Source: Minisyncoccota bacterium
GTDB lineage: Bacteria; Patescibacteriota; Minisyncoccia; UBA6257; UBA9933
DNA length: 64,000 nt
Reading direction: 5' to 3'
Assembly: GCA_041650415.1 (NCBI GenBank)
Contig: JBAZLC010000002.1
Coordinates: forward strand, 6,896 to 70,895
Positions 1 to 9,170 of the stretch are shown piece by piece. The first letter of the stretch is position 1. The number at the start of each line of letters is the position of its first letter. A program made the position numbers and the translations under genes. Below the pieces are notes generated by a model, which worked only from the letters and a program-made list of their open reading frames with translations, was not told where the DNA came from and did not search any database.

Positions 1-252
1 TTCAACGCCAATCCGGAAACAATTGTTTTACCGCAAACGTCAACGTTATCATGGAGTTGTAATTATGCCACCGCTTGCTCGATCGACAACGCGATTGGCA
101 GCGTAAGCGCAAGCTCGGGTTCGGTTGAAGTAGCGCCCGCCGAAACAACAACTTACACATTACACTGCGACGGCTATGACGGATCAAAATCTCTGCAAGT
201 AACCGTCGGCAATGGATATTCTTCAAGTATCCACGAAGTAATCCCGCGCTAA
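1..252 (+). CDS. C-terminal fragment of a secreted Ig-like/PKD-type repeat surface protein (5' truncated)
   Basis: Frame +1 is open from base 1 to TAA at 250-252: FNANPETIVLPQTSTLSWSCNYATACSID...TTTYTLHCDG...IHEVIPR. The TLSWS...C...TYTLxC pattern is typical of CPR Ig-like domains. Not in the ORF track. Confidence 0.75.
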   Translation, partial: FNANPETIVLPQTSTLSWSCNYATACSIDNAIGSVSASSGSVEVAPAETTTYTLHCDGYDGSKSLQVTVGNGYSSSIHEVIPR

Positions 253-290
253 AAATTAGAAATGGTCGCATTTAAAAACCACTAAAAACA

Positions 291-488
291 ATGAAAAATA
301 AAATCTCAAAATCATTAATAATCGCCGTTATAGGCGTTTTCGCCGTTGTTTCGGCTTTCGTCTGGCAAAAAATCCAAACCTTCGTCAATAAAGGATTAAC
401 CGACAGCCAAAAAATAAGAATCGCCGACAATAGCAATCAATCAGAATTAAATTCTCCAAAATTTAACGGCTGTAATTCCATAATTTAA
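291..488 (+). CDS. Small membrane-anchored protein, 65 aa, ending ...GCNSII
   Basis: Basic N-terminus, one hydrophobic helix and a polar tail. Lies 2 nt before the next gene. Confidence 0.6.
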   Translation: MKNKISKSLIIAVIGVFAVVSAFVWQKIQTFVNKGLTDSQKIRIADNSNQSELNSPKFNGCNSII

Positions 489-490
489 CC

Positions 491-1090
491 ATGTTTCCGG
501 AAGCCGACTTGGCTGTTAACGCGACATGGACTCTTTATTTGTTGGCTTTTTTAATAATAAGCGCGAAAAAAGGCCATTTTCAAAAAACCGATACTGATTA
601 TTCTTCCAATCCAAAAAGTAAGAAACCGCTTATTTTGTTTTTTTCCCTTCATTTTTTAGTTTATCCCCTTTTAAGCGCCGGCGTTGGCTCTCTGCGTGAA
701 TTTTATTTTTTTAACGAATTTTATTTTTCCTTTTTCATCGCGGGAATTGTTTTTTTAACCATCGGATTAATATTCTCGATAATTTCAAGGTACTATCTTT
801 CCTCGCGGTGGAGCTTTTTGGCGGTGGCTTCAAATAAAAGACCGTTCATAAAAGACGGCCCTTATAAAATAGTCCGACATCCCATTTGTCTCGGGCTTTT
901 TATTATTTGGCTTGGAGCTTCTTTTGTGTACGTCAATTGGCTGGGAATTGCCGCCGCGATATTCGCACTTCTCCCCCTGCTTTATTGGCGCGTAAAAATA
1001 GAAGAAAAAAAATTAACGGAAATTTTTAGTGAAGACTATTTAAATTATTCCCAAAACACCGGAATGATTTTCCCTAAAATTTTAAACTAA
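491..1090 (+). CDS. Isoprenylcysteine carboxyl methyltransferase (ICMT/STE14/PEMT) family membrane protein
   Basis: Multi-TM; GPYKIVRHPI motif; C-terminal RVKIEEKKL...F..DY.NY...T...FP. Confidence 0.85.
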   Translation: MFPEADLAVNATWTLYLLAFLIISAKKGHFQKTDTDYSSNPKSKKPLILFFSLHFLVYPLLSAGVGSLREFYFFNEFYFSFFIAGIVFLTIGLIFSIISRYYLSSRWSFLAVASNKRPFIKDGPYKIVRHPICLGLFIIWLGASFVYVNWLGIAAAIFALLPLLYWRVKIEEKKLTEIFSEDYLNYSQNTGMIFPKILN

Positions 1091-1095
1091 ATTTC

Positions 1096-2391
1096 TTAAG
1101 TCAAATGGCTGACTAATTTTCTCGCCTTAACTCCCGTACAAGATAATTCTTTAACCAGTTTTATTTCCGGAATTTCAAAAAAATTCTTTTCAATCGCGTC
1201 TTTAAGAGTTGAAGTTCCCGATAACCGCCAATTCGCCATTAAATAATTCAAAATTTCATGTTTCAAGTTTTCCGCCGGAATAAATTTTGCCTTAACGCTT
1301 TCTTCTTTTATTTCGATTATTATTTTTGTTTTCGCGCCGGATTGACCGCGTTCTTCATAAAAATGAAGTTGGTAGCCGTTCCCTATTAAATGGTTCAAAC
1401 CGCTAAATGTTTTTTCAACATCGCCAATTTTTATCTCGACTCCGCCGGCTCTGATTTTATCCACTCCTTCCCTGCCCATCCAAGTTAAAACCGGGCCCGA
1501 AAGGCCGCACCCGCACTTTTCTTTGGCTATTTCAAAGAAATCTCCGGTTTTATAACGTATTAACGGCATTGCCCTGTTATTCGCGCAGGTAATCGTTAAT
1601 TCACCGTCAATAAGCTCCGCCTTTGTAATAAGCGGTTGAAGTACATGAAAAAGATCTTTATTTTCTTTAAGGATTTTAGAACAAGGATAAAGGATAAAAT
1701 TCCCCGTTTCGGACGAACCGTAAACATTGGCTATTTTAGCCTTAGGGTAAAGTTCTTTAAGTTTTTGGCGCCGGCTCGCCGTAAGAGTTTCCGAGCATAA
1801 AACCAAAAGTTTTATTTTGCTCGTATCGTAATATTTCTTTAAAATTTCATAAAAAATTTCCGCCAATGTCGGAGTGGCATAAAGAGCGTCGGCTTTTGTC
1901 TCGGCCATAATCACTGCGTTATTTGGGAGATTTTGCAGATCGCCGAAAATCGGAAACGATTTATTCCGCGTACTTGAACAATTTTGAATAAAAATATGGT
2001 GAAAAGACTTATTTAACGGCGGAAGAAGACTATATAATCTTTTGGCGCCCGTTCCGAAAGTCGGGTCTATCCCCAAATAAAAAGTCTGATCTTTCCGCTT
2101 ACCTTCAACAATATCGCTAAAATAAACCACTAATGGTTTTTGGGAAGTCGTGCCCGAAGTGTAAACGGCGAAACGGACATCTTCCGGGCCGACAAAAGTT
2201 CTGTCTCCGGGCAGAACCGCTTCCAGTTCGGTACGGGTCAAAAACGGCAATTTAGAAAAATTTTTCGGGTCTAAAACCTCTTTCTTACTAAGCCCGACGC
2301 TAACGTATTTTTTTCTATAAAAATCCGAATATTTATTTTCCCAAACAAACGAAAGAATTTCTTTTAACGTTAAAATTCCGCCTTTTTTCAT
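1096..2391 (-). CDS. Phenylacetate-CoA ligase (PaaK/F390 synthetase)-like adenylate-forming enzyme
   Basis: YTSGTT loop, VYGSSETG, PLIRYKTGD, CGCG...GR. Confidence 0.8.
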   Translation of the reverse strand: MKKGGILTLKEILSFVWENKYSDFYRKKYVSVGLSKKEVLDPKNFSKLPFLTRTELEAVLPGDRTFVGPEDVRFAVYTSGTTSQKPLVVYFSDIVEGKRKDQTFYLGIDPTFGTGAKRLYSLLPPLNKSFHHIFIQNCSSTRNKSFPIFGDLQNLPNNAVIMAETKADALYATPTLAEIFYEILKKYYDTSKIKLLVLCSETLTASRRQKLKELYPKAKIANVYGSSETGNFILYPCSKILKENKDLFHVLQPLITKAELIDGELTITCANNRAMPLIRYKTGDFFEIAKEKCGCGLSGPVLTWMGREGVDKIRAGGVEIKIGDVEKTFSGLNHLIGNGYQLHFYEERGQSGAKTKIIIEIKEESVKAKFIPAENLKHEILNYLMANWRLSGTSTLKDAIEKNFFEIPEIKLVKELSCTGVKARKLVSHLT

Positions 2392-2444
2392 AAATTTGTT
2401 AATACGCTAATTATATACTACAATTAATAATATCAACTTATTAA

Positions 2445-4028
2445 ATGGGGTCAATACGCGATTTTCAATTTAAAAAACACTGGATCGCCTTGCCTTTGCT
2501 TTCCGGATTTTTGTTACTGCTTTCTTTTTACCCTTTTGAATTGCAGTTTTTAAGTTTTATCGCCCTTGTCCCGATTTTTCTGTTTCTTAACGCGAAAGAC
2601 GAAATCCCCGGCAAAAAAATTTTTTGGGGAGGCTTTATTTTCGGCGCCTTTTTCTCGCTGATTCTTTCTTTGTTTATCTTTTTTAAATTTATATGGCTTG
2701 AAGAGACATACCTCTTTGTTTGGATTGTAAGACTACTGCCCTTATTCATCGCCGCAATTACCGGAACAATTTTTGGCTTCTCTTTTTTGGCGTATAAAAG
2801 ATTTTCTTCCGGCAAACCAACCGATATTTTTGTTTTGGCCGCTATTTATACGCTTGCCGAAATAGTGCAATTTAAAATTTTTTTCGGGCTAAACAGCGGA
2901 TTATTAGCCTATACTGTCTATAAATTTCTCTTTTTTTTAAAGTTTTCTTCAATCACCGGCGTTTTTGGAATTTCTTTCATTATTGCCCTTATTAATTCAT
3001 TTATCGCTTATTTTGTTCTGCGTCCCGAACATAGAAAACAAGTTGCCTCTTTGGCGCTCGCGAGTTTTGCCGTAATTTTCACCATTAACGCCGCGAATAA
3101 TCTTTATCTTAAAAACGACGAAGATTATAAAACGGCCAAATTTTCCATTATTCAAAATTCCGACAGAAAAAATGTTTTCGGGAATATAATAGACGGAAAA
3201 TTCCATCTTCCCTATCAAGGATTGATTTCCGAGGCGAAATATCAAAACCCCGATTTTATAATTTATCCATTTAGCCCTTTTAACGGTTATCTATCATCCA
3301 TTAAAATAGATGAAATACAAAATTCCGGACTTAAAAAAGAAGCCGTTATTGATTCCGAAAACTTCGACAAGTGGATTGGAAAACTTACCGGCACCGATAC
3401 GTTTTTCATAAATTGGGTTAATGTGATAAAAGACGAAAAAGTTTACCCGGAAATGATTTTTTGGCAAAATGGAAAACAGATAGCCGAATATCAAAAACGG
3501 ATAACCTTTCCTTTCTTTGATTACACTCCCGAATTTTTCAAAAAAATCGGATTATTCACCACGCCGATAGACGCTCTCCAATCTTTAAAAAACAATTTAC
3601 CCATCCAAATAAATGATATTAAATTTGAACCGCTTATTTGTTCGGAATTATTTGAATCAAAATTAATACGCAAGGGCTCTCTTAATTCCAATATATTGCT
3701 TTCTATAGGCTCCGACGCCTCTTTTTCTAACGAAGTGCCGGATAAATGGCATCTTACCATTTTACAATTTGAAGCGGCTGGCAATAACAGACCGATCGTA
3801 AAAGCGAATCTTTTTGGAAGCTCTGTTCTTATTGATGAAAACGGCAAAATCATAAAAGAAATGAAATTTAATAAAACCGGAGTTTTAACCGGCGAATTAC
3901 AATATAAAAAATCTCCAAAAAACACTTTTTACGGCTATTTTGGAGATTTACCTTTTATAATCGCGATCGTTCTGTTTTTAACCGTATATATGGCCTCTGA
4001 AAAATTTAACTATCGAAGGGAAAAATAA
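2445..4028 (+). CDS. Apolipoprotein N-acyltransferase (Lnt)-like protein with degenerate active site
   Basis: N-terminal TM bundle plus nitrilase domain: YQKRITFPFFDYTP, LICSE, KANLFGSSVLIDENG. The WPE motif reads YPF. Confidence 0.75.
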   Translation: MGSIRDFQFKKHWIALPLLSGFLLLLSFYPFELQFLSFIALVPIFLFLNAKDEIPGKKIFWGGFIFGAFFSLILSLFIFFKFIWLEETYLFVWIVRLLPLFIAAITGTIFGFSFLAYKRFSSGKPTDIFVLAAIYTLAEIVQFKIFFGLNSGLLAYTVYKFLFFLKFSSITGVFGISFIIALINSFIAYFVLRPEHRKQVASLALASFAVIFTINAANNLYLKNDEDYKTAKFSIIQNSDRKNVFGNIIDGKFHLPYQGLISEAKYQNPDFIIYPFSPFNGYLSSIKIDEIQNSGLKKEAVIDSENFDKWIGKLTGTDTFFINWVNVIKDEKVYPEMIFWQNGKQIAEYQKRITFPFFDYTPEFFKKIGLFTTPIDALQSLKNNLPIQINDIKFEPLICSELFESKLIRKGSLNSNILLSIGSDASFSNEVPDKWHLTILQFEAAGNNRPIVKANLFGSSVLIDENGKIIKEMKFNKTGVLTGELQYKKSPKNTFYGYFGDLPFIIAIVLFLTVYMASEKFNYRREK

Positions 4029-4586
4029 ACCGGTATTTTTTAAATAATTTTTGTAGTCTTCTCCCCTTCCGTTTGCCTCAAATATTTTAAACAAACTTTT
4101 TTCTTCCAACCGTGATTGAATTATCAATAACGGCAGAAAGACAACCAAACACACCGATAACCCAAACGAATTATTGAAGACTAAAGCCTCACCAAATAAA
4201 ATCAATATAAATCCCGTAAAAATCGGCCATCTTATTTTATTAAAAATTCCGAATTTCAACTGATTTAACCCGTTAACGGTAAAATCCATTTTACGCAATT
4301 CATAATAAGACATTAACGAAAAAACCACTCCCGCTAAAATCAAAATTACTCCAACCAAAAACAAAAACGGGAAAATTAAAACATTGTTTTCAAAAACGCC
4401 GAATTTTCCAATATAAGTCATGCTCATTACCGATTGGAGAATTACAAAAATAAAGAAAAAGACTTTAAATCTCCCGCTTAAATAAAAAGACATACGCGAA
4501 GCGGAAACTTGAGTAAGGGCTCTTATTGCGCCAAAACACAAAAAATAAATTATTGAGCTTGAAATAACAAATAAAGATATTGCCAT
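3978..4586 (-). CDS. Second, divergent ICMT/PEMT-family membrane methyltransferase
   Basis: GIFNKIRWPIFTG (variant of GxYxxxRHP); SRLEEKSL...Y.NY...TGLFFP. Confidence 0.7.
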   Translation of the reverse strand: MAISLFVISSSIIYFLCFGAIRALTQVSASRMSFYLSGRFKVFFFIFVILQSVMSMTYIGKFGVFENNVLIFPFLFLVGVILILAGVVFSLMSYYELRKMDFTVNGLNQLKFGIFNKIRWPIFTGFILILFGEALVFNNSFGLSVCLVVFLPLLIIQSRLEEKSLFKIFEANGRGEDYKNYLKNTGLFFPSIVKFFRGHIYG

Positions 4587-4623
4587 ATTTTTATAATTTT
4601 AATTATTTTTAACTTTTTAATAT

Positions 4624-4992
4624 TTACTCGGGAACTGTCGATGATGCGCCTTGAAATTCGACTTCGAACGCCCTAAAAGAATTACCAGAATGACCTATTG
4701 ATTTTTTTATGTCTCCGGTCCCCGAAGTCTCAAAATCGGCGCCGTTGGAAAAAATCGGCTTGTCGGCCTGCCCGCCGAATTTTTTATACAATTCCCATTC
4801 TATTCCGGCATCAGCGGCAAAAATGGCTTTAGTGGAGTTTGCCACGTCTGAAGATTGCCTTATTTTTTGGACGGTAATATATCCGGCAATGGTTGAAACG
4901 CTCAAAATCACTCCTCCCAGAATAAGAACCGTTAAAAGCATGACTTGTCCGCCGTTGGAATTTTTAAGTTTTTTTACTTTTATTTTTTTCAT
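4624..4992 (-). CDS. PilX/GspK-like minor pilin
   Basis: GGQVMLLTVLIL start without Glu5; AIFAADAGIE motif. Confidence 0.75.
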   Translation of the reverse strand: MKKIKVKKLKNSNGGQVMLLTVLILGGVILSVSTIAGYITVQKIRQSSDVANSTKAIFAADAGIEWELYKKFGGQADKPIFSNGADFETSGTGDIKKSIGHSGNSFRAFEVEFQGASSTVPE

Positions 4993-4993
4993 T

Positions 4994-5527
4994 TTAGCTG
5001 TCTAATGTTCTCGGACTTACGGTCATTTGTATGTCTACGGGAACACTCTTAAGATATTTTCCCGTTCCGACTACTGAAATCCCTATTGTTATTCTTGGCT
5101 GATAGCCGTCGCCGGCATCGCCTCCCGCAATATTAACGTTAAAATTCTTAATCTCAACGTTATCGGCGGTTATTTTCCTATAAGTCGTAACGGCCAATTC
5201 GCTTGTCTCCCCTCTTTCAATGGCGCCGTTCACGGCTTTATAATAAATTATTTTATTTTCCGCATTTACGAATTGAAACTCATTTTGAGAAACTTTGGAA
5301 AAATTATATCCCGTCCTTAATTCTCTCATTATTTGTTCCAAGGTTAAATTGGCATTATCGTTTATCGACATTAACCCAACCAATTCCTTTTGAGTACGCA
5401 ACGTTCTAATAAAACTTCCCGAGACTATGCTTATTAAAATTAAAAAAATTCCCATCGACACCAAAAGCTCAATCATCGTAAAGCCGTTTTCAAAGCCGGA
5501 AAAAATTTTTAGCTTTTTTGTCTTCAT
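4994..5527 (-). CDS. Type IV minor pilin (PilW/GspJ-like)
   Basis: Class III signal G|FTMIELLVSM; LEQIMRELR. Confidence 0.85.
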   Translation of the reverse strand: MKTKKLKIFSGFENGFTMIELLVSMGIFLILISIVSGSFIRTLRTQKELVGLMSINDNANLTLEQIMRELRTGYNFSKVSQNEFQFVNAENKIIYYKAVNGAIERGETSELAVTTYRKITADNVEIKNFNVNIAGGDAGDGYQPRITIGISVVGTGKYLKSVPVDIQMTVSPRTLDS

Positions 5528-5533
5528 AATATT

Positions 5534-6037
5534 TTACCGCCAATTGAAAAAATAATCTTCCATGGTTACTTGAAGTTTCGCGCTGCCGCGATCCGTCCAA
5601 CTTACCGTCGAATCAATTTTGACTTCATCTGGACTTACCGGATAAACCGATATTATTCGCGTAAACGGCGATTGGCTTCCGTTTGTGTAGCCGTAAAAAT
5701 TGGATATATCATCGAATAAAAGCTTCCTGTTTTGGCTGGGTTCCAAGTTCACCGAAGAATAATCGGCCTCGAATTTTCCGTCCATATCAAGCCCCTGATT
5801 CCACGGATTACCCTGTATTGTATTTGAATCTATGATATTTTTTGAAATCTCAATGCCTTCGGCAGCCAAATAATTGGCGATTAACTGATTTCCTATAACC
5901 CTGTTTAAACCAATGGAATGCGAAAGTAAGGCAAGGACTCCTAAAAGCCCGACCACTGCGATGCTAATGCCTATCATCGACTCGATAAGTAAATACCCGC
6001 CAGCTTCTTTTTTATTGTGTTGTAATTTGTCCGGCAT
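5534..6037 (-). CDS. Type IV minor pilin (PilV/GspI-like)
   Basis: G|YLLIESMIGI; ANYLAAEGIE; C-terminal VSW. Confidence 0.8.
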   Translation of the reverse strand: MPDKLQHNKKEAGGYLLIESMIGISIAVVGLLGVLALLSHSIGLNRVIGNQLIANYLAAEGIEISKNIIDSNTIQGNPWNQGLDMDGKFEADYSSVNLEPSQNRKLLFDDISNFYGYTNGSQSPFTRIISVYPVSPDEVKIDSTVSWTDRGSAKLQVTMEDYFFNWR

Positions 6038-6554
6038 TTGTTATTTTTATAGCTTTTTCACTTAATCCGCCAGCTACTTTGATTTTTATTGTTGCTTCAA
6101 GCTTGGTTTCATCATTATCTATCACTACTCGCGGATCGGGCGGAATGAAAACCACATCCGCCAAACCCAATTCACTGAATGTAATCGCTTGGCCGAGATA
6201 TAATTCTTCCAGCTTTTCATCTCCCGAATTATATACCCTGTTGGCATCCGAGCATTTAGGATCGTTACTCGGAGAATATTCCCTGAAAAGTATTACCCTT
6301 CCCAATGGGCTAAAATTAACTCCGTAATCGCAAGGAGCGACCGCCTCGCCCAACGTTCCAACACTCAAAGACCTCGCCCGTATCAATAACTCAACCAAAA
6401 TGGTTTGTTCTTTGAATAAAATTATTTGATTCTGTCCTGTCCGGCTATATGTTATCACAAGAGAAGAAAGCAAAACTATTATGCCTATCGTTACCAACAG
6501 TTCAATCATTGTAAAACCCGCCAAAAGCAAAGAGTTATTTATTTTCTTTCTCAT
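6012..6554 (-). CDS. Type IV minor pilin (FimT/GspH-like)
   Basis: G|FTMIELLVTIGII; C-terminal ITNAGQI. Confidence 0.8.
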   Translation of the reverse strand: MRKKINNSLLLAGFTMIELLVTIGIIVLLSSLVITYSRTGQNQIILFKEQTILVELLIRARSLSVGTLGEAVAPCDYGVNFSPLGRVILFREYSPSNDPKCSDANRVYNSGDEKLEELYLGQAITFSELGLADVVFIPPDPRVVIDNDETKLEATIKIKVAGGLSEKAIKITNAGQITTQ

Positions 6555-6560
6555 TATTGT

Positions 6561-7469
6561 TTAAAAACCGGACAATAATTTAAAATACCAATCCATTATT
6601 TGCCCGCCGAAGAAAAACACCAAAGACGCTCCCAAGACCAAAAAAGGGCCAAATGGAATGATGTCTTTCATCCCCTTCTTTTTACGGCAGACAAAAACCA
6701 AGCTGACTAAAGCGCCAATTATAAATGCCAAAAAAACGGCCGCCAAAATATCCGGCCAACCGAAAATAAGTCCCAGAGCACCAACCAATTTAAAGTCGCC
6801 CCACCCCATTCCTTTTCCTTTTGTTATAAAAATAATCAAACCGAAAAATACCATCATAACCGCAGCGGCAAAAATATAATTTATGAATATATTGTCCGTC
6901 AAACTTAAAAAAGCCGCCGAACTCCCCAAAAAAGAACCGTTAAAAAAAGTGATTTTTTTAAAATAAAAATTCGCCCCCAGCAAAATCGCTCCCAGAACAG
7001 CCAAAGTTAAATTTACCGAATCGGGAATTATGAAATGCTTTAAATCTATCGCCGATAAAACTATAAATATCAAAAAAACCGATATCCAAATAAAAGAAAT
7101 AATCGCGAACATCGAAATATAAGAAGGGAGAAGCAGTAAAGGAAGAGCGGCCGCCCAAAACATCGGCACAAAAACAAAAATCAATCCCGATAACAATTCA
7201 ACCAAAAAATATTGAAATGATATCGCGGCTCCGCATCCGCGGCACTTTCCATTTTGAATAATGAAGCTAAAAAGAGGGATTAATTCATACCAATTCAACT
7301 TTTTCTCGCAGCTTAAACATTGAGAGCGTTTTTTTGAGCTTCCCGGTCCGCCAATTGTTTTTAAAGAAAGAAGCCTTTCCCCGGGCCGATAACGAAAAAT
7401 GACAACGTTTAAAAAACTCCCAACCGCCAAGCCGAAAATAAAAAGTAAAAAATACGAAAGATAGCTCAT
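6561..7469 (-). CDS. pilD: Prepilin peptidase/N-methyltransferase (A24)
   Basis: GSFLNVVIFR, two CxxC pairs, IDLKHFIIPD, GMGWGDFKL, IPFGPFL. Confidence 0.95.
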   Translation of the reverse strand: MSYLSYFLLFIFGLAVGSFLNVVIFRYRPGERLLSLKTIGGPGSSKKRSQCLSCEKKLNWYELIPLFSFIIQNGKCRGCGAAISFQYFLVELLSGLIFVFVPMFWAAALPLLLLPSYISMFAIISFIWISVFLIFIVLSAIDLKHFIIPDSVNLTLAVLGAILLGANFYFKKITFFNGSFLGSSAAFLSLTDNIFINYIFAAAVMMVFFGLIIFITKGKGMGWGDFKLVGALGLIFGWPDILAAVFLAFIIGALVSLVFVCRKKKGMKDIIPFGPFLVLGASLVFFFGGQIMDWYFKLLSGF

Positions 7470-7481
7470 ATTAAACTCTTG

Positions 7482-7922
7482 TTAAAACTGTACGCAGTAG
7501 ACCGAATCCATACAACCCACTCCATAAACCGTACCGTCAATATCGTCTTTCAAAGCGGAATTATTAACATCTTCAAGTGTGGCTCCTAAAACATAACCTT
7601 GTTTGTCCGCGGAATAACCATAAAGGTAAGTCGCGCTCGACGAATCACTAAGAGGATCGTTCGGTATATTGGTAATTCCTATCGCGTCATTCACTAAAAC
7701 GCTCTTTAAATCAGCCCAATCATTAGACGCCGGATAATTGCCGTTTTTCAAGTAATAAAGCTCTAACGAATTTTGAACTTCTCTTAAATCCGCCACTCTT
7801 CTGGCATCGCGCCCCCGGGATCTAAAAGAACCCAAACCCACTAGAACAACCGAGGCTAAAAGCCCGATAATAGCAACAACTATAAGAATTTCTATTAATG
7901 TAAAGCCTTTCTCTTTTTTCAT
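7482..7922 (-). CDS. Type IV major pilin / GspG-like pseudopilin
   Basis: KG|FTLIEILIVVAIIGLLAS; RDARRVADL; IPNDP. Confidence 0.9.
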   Translation of the reverse strand: MKKEKGFTLIEILIVVAIIGLLASVVLVGLGSFRSRGRDARRVADLREVQNSLELYYLKNGNYPASNDWADLKSVLVNDAIGITNIPNDPLSDSSSATYLYGYSADKQGYVLGATLEDVNNSALKDDIDGTVYGVGCMDSVYCVQF

Positions 7923-7957
7923 AATTATAAATTCATAACAATGATTTTGTTCGACTT

Positions 7958-9166
7958 TTAGAATGCTTGAGCTAAATTATATATCGGAATCAAGATTGAA
8001 GCAAACAGTAAACCGATTAAAACGCCTACTCCGGCTATTAAAAGCGGCTGGATAAGTTCAACCAGATTGTTTAACGCGTCATTTACCTCGCGGGTGTAAA
8101 AATCGGACACTTTGGATAAAATTGAATCTAATCGCCCCGTTCCTTCTCCAATAGCAACCATCTGACTTACTAAAATCGGGAAATAATATTCATTTTTCGC
8201 CAAAAGATCGGATAATAATTCTCCCCCTCTTACTCCTTCGGCAATTTCAAGTAAAATATCCCTGTAAACGACATTTCCCATCGTATTGGCGGCTATCCCA
8301 ATCGCTTGAGTAATTGGAATGCCTCCCTTAATCAAAATGTTCGTCGACTCGGCAAAACGGCTGATATAAATCTTTTTAAAAAGATTTCCCAATATCGGAA
8401 ATTTTATGCTTATTTCGTCAAAAACGGCTTCGCCCTCCGGCGTATGGAAATAATCAACAATAACAAAAATGAAAATTATCAATATCAAGAAAATCGCCCA
8501 CCACCACTGAAGTATAAAATCTCCGGAACTTAAAAGAATTTTTGTCAGTATCGGCAAATCCATCCCCGTCTCCTGAAATACCGGCGCTATTTGCGGAAAA
8601 ACTACCACAACCATTATTCCCGCCACCGCCAAAAACATAATAACGACTATTATCGGATAAATCATCGCGCTGCGAATTTTGCTTTTCCAAATCGATTCCT
8701 TTTCCAAATAATCGGCCAAGAATTTCGCCGCTTCTTCCAACCGTCCGGTTATTTCCGCCGAACGAATCATGTTTAAATAAAATTCCGAAAAAATTCCATT
8801 ACGGCGCTCCAAAGCCTGAGACAAAGAAAGACCAGCGCCGATATCGGAAGACACTTCAAAAACCGCTTCTTTTAAAATTAAATTGTTTGTTTGTTTGTAA
8901 AGAGTTTTTAAAACCGTGTTCAAGGGAACCTTTGATTCCATAAGGGTCGCGAATTGGCGGGTAAAAATCATTAAATCAACAGATTTTACCCTGTTAAAAA
9001 AGTTTAAAACAAAATCGTACCAGCGCCGCCTTTCGACGCTTTCCAAACTTAAAACAAAAAGGTCGTGGCCCGTCAAAATATTGGCAGCTGCCTCGCGAGT
9101 GGCGGCATCCACGAATCCGGTTTGTAATTCCCCTTGTTGAGTTCTGGCATTATATTTAAATTTCAT
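7958..9166 (-). CDS. pilC: Type IV pilus platform protein PilC/GspF
   Basis: FTRQFATLM, AEITGRL, AMIYP, GEGTGRLD, LIQP. Confidence 0.95.
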   Translation of the reverse strand: MKFKYNARTQQGELQTGFVDAATREAAANILTGHDLFVLSLESVERRRWYDFVLNFFNRVKSVDLMIFTRQFATLMESKVPLNTVLKTLYKQTNNLILKEAVFEVSSDIGAGLSLSQALERRNGIFSEFYLNMIRSAEITGRLEEAAKFLADYLEKESIWKSKIRSAMIYPIIVVIMFLAVAGIMVVVVFPQIAPVFQETGMDLPILTKILLSSGDFILQWWWAIFLILIIFIFVIVDYFHTPEGEAVFDEISIKFPILGNLFKKIYISRFAESTNILIKGGIPITQAIGIAANTMGNVVYRDILLEIAEGVRGGELLSDLLAKNEYYFPILVSQMVAIGEGTGRLDSILSKVSDFYTREVNDALNNLVELIQPLLIAGVGVLIGLLFASILIPIYNLAQAF

Positions 9167-9170
9167 AACT

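Noticed and set aside
2-271. 89-aa minus-strand ORF
   Set aside because: It is the shadow of a convincing Ig-like reading frame on the + strand (1-252).
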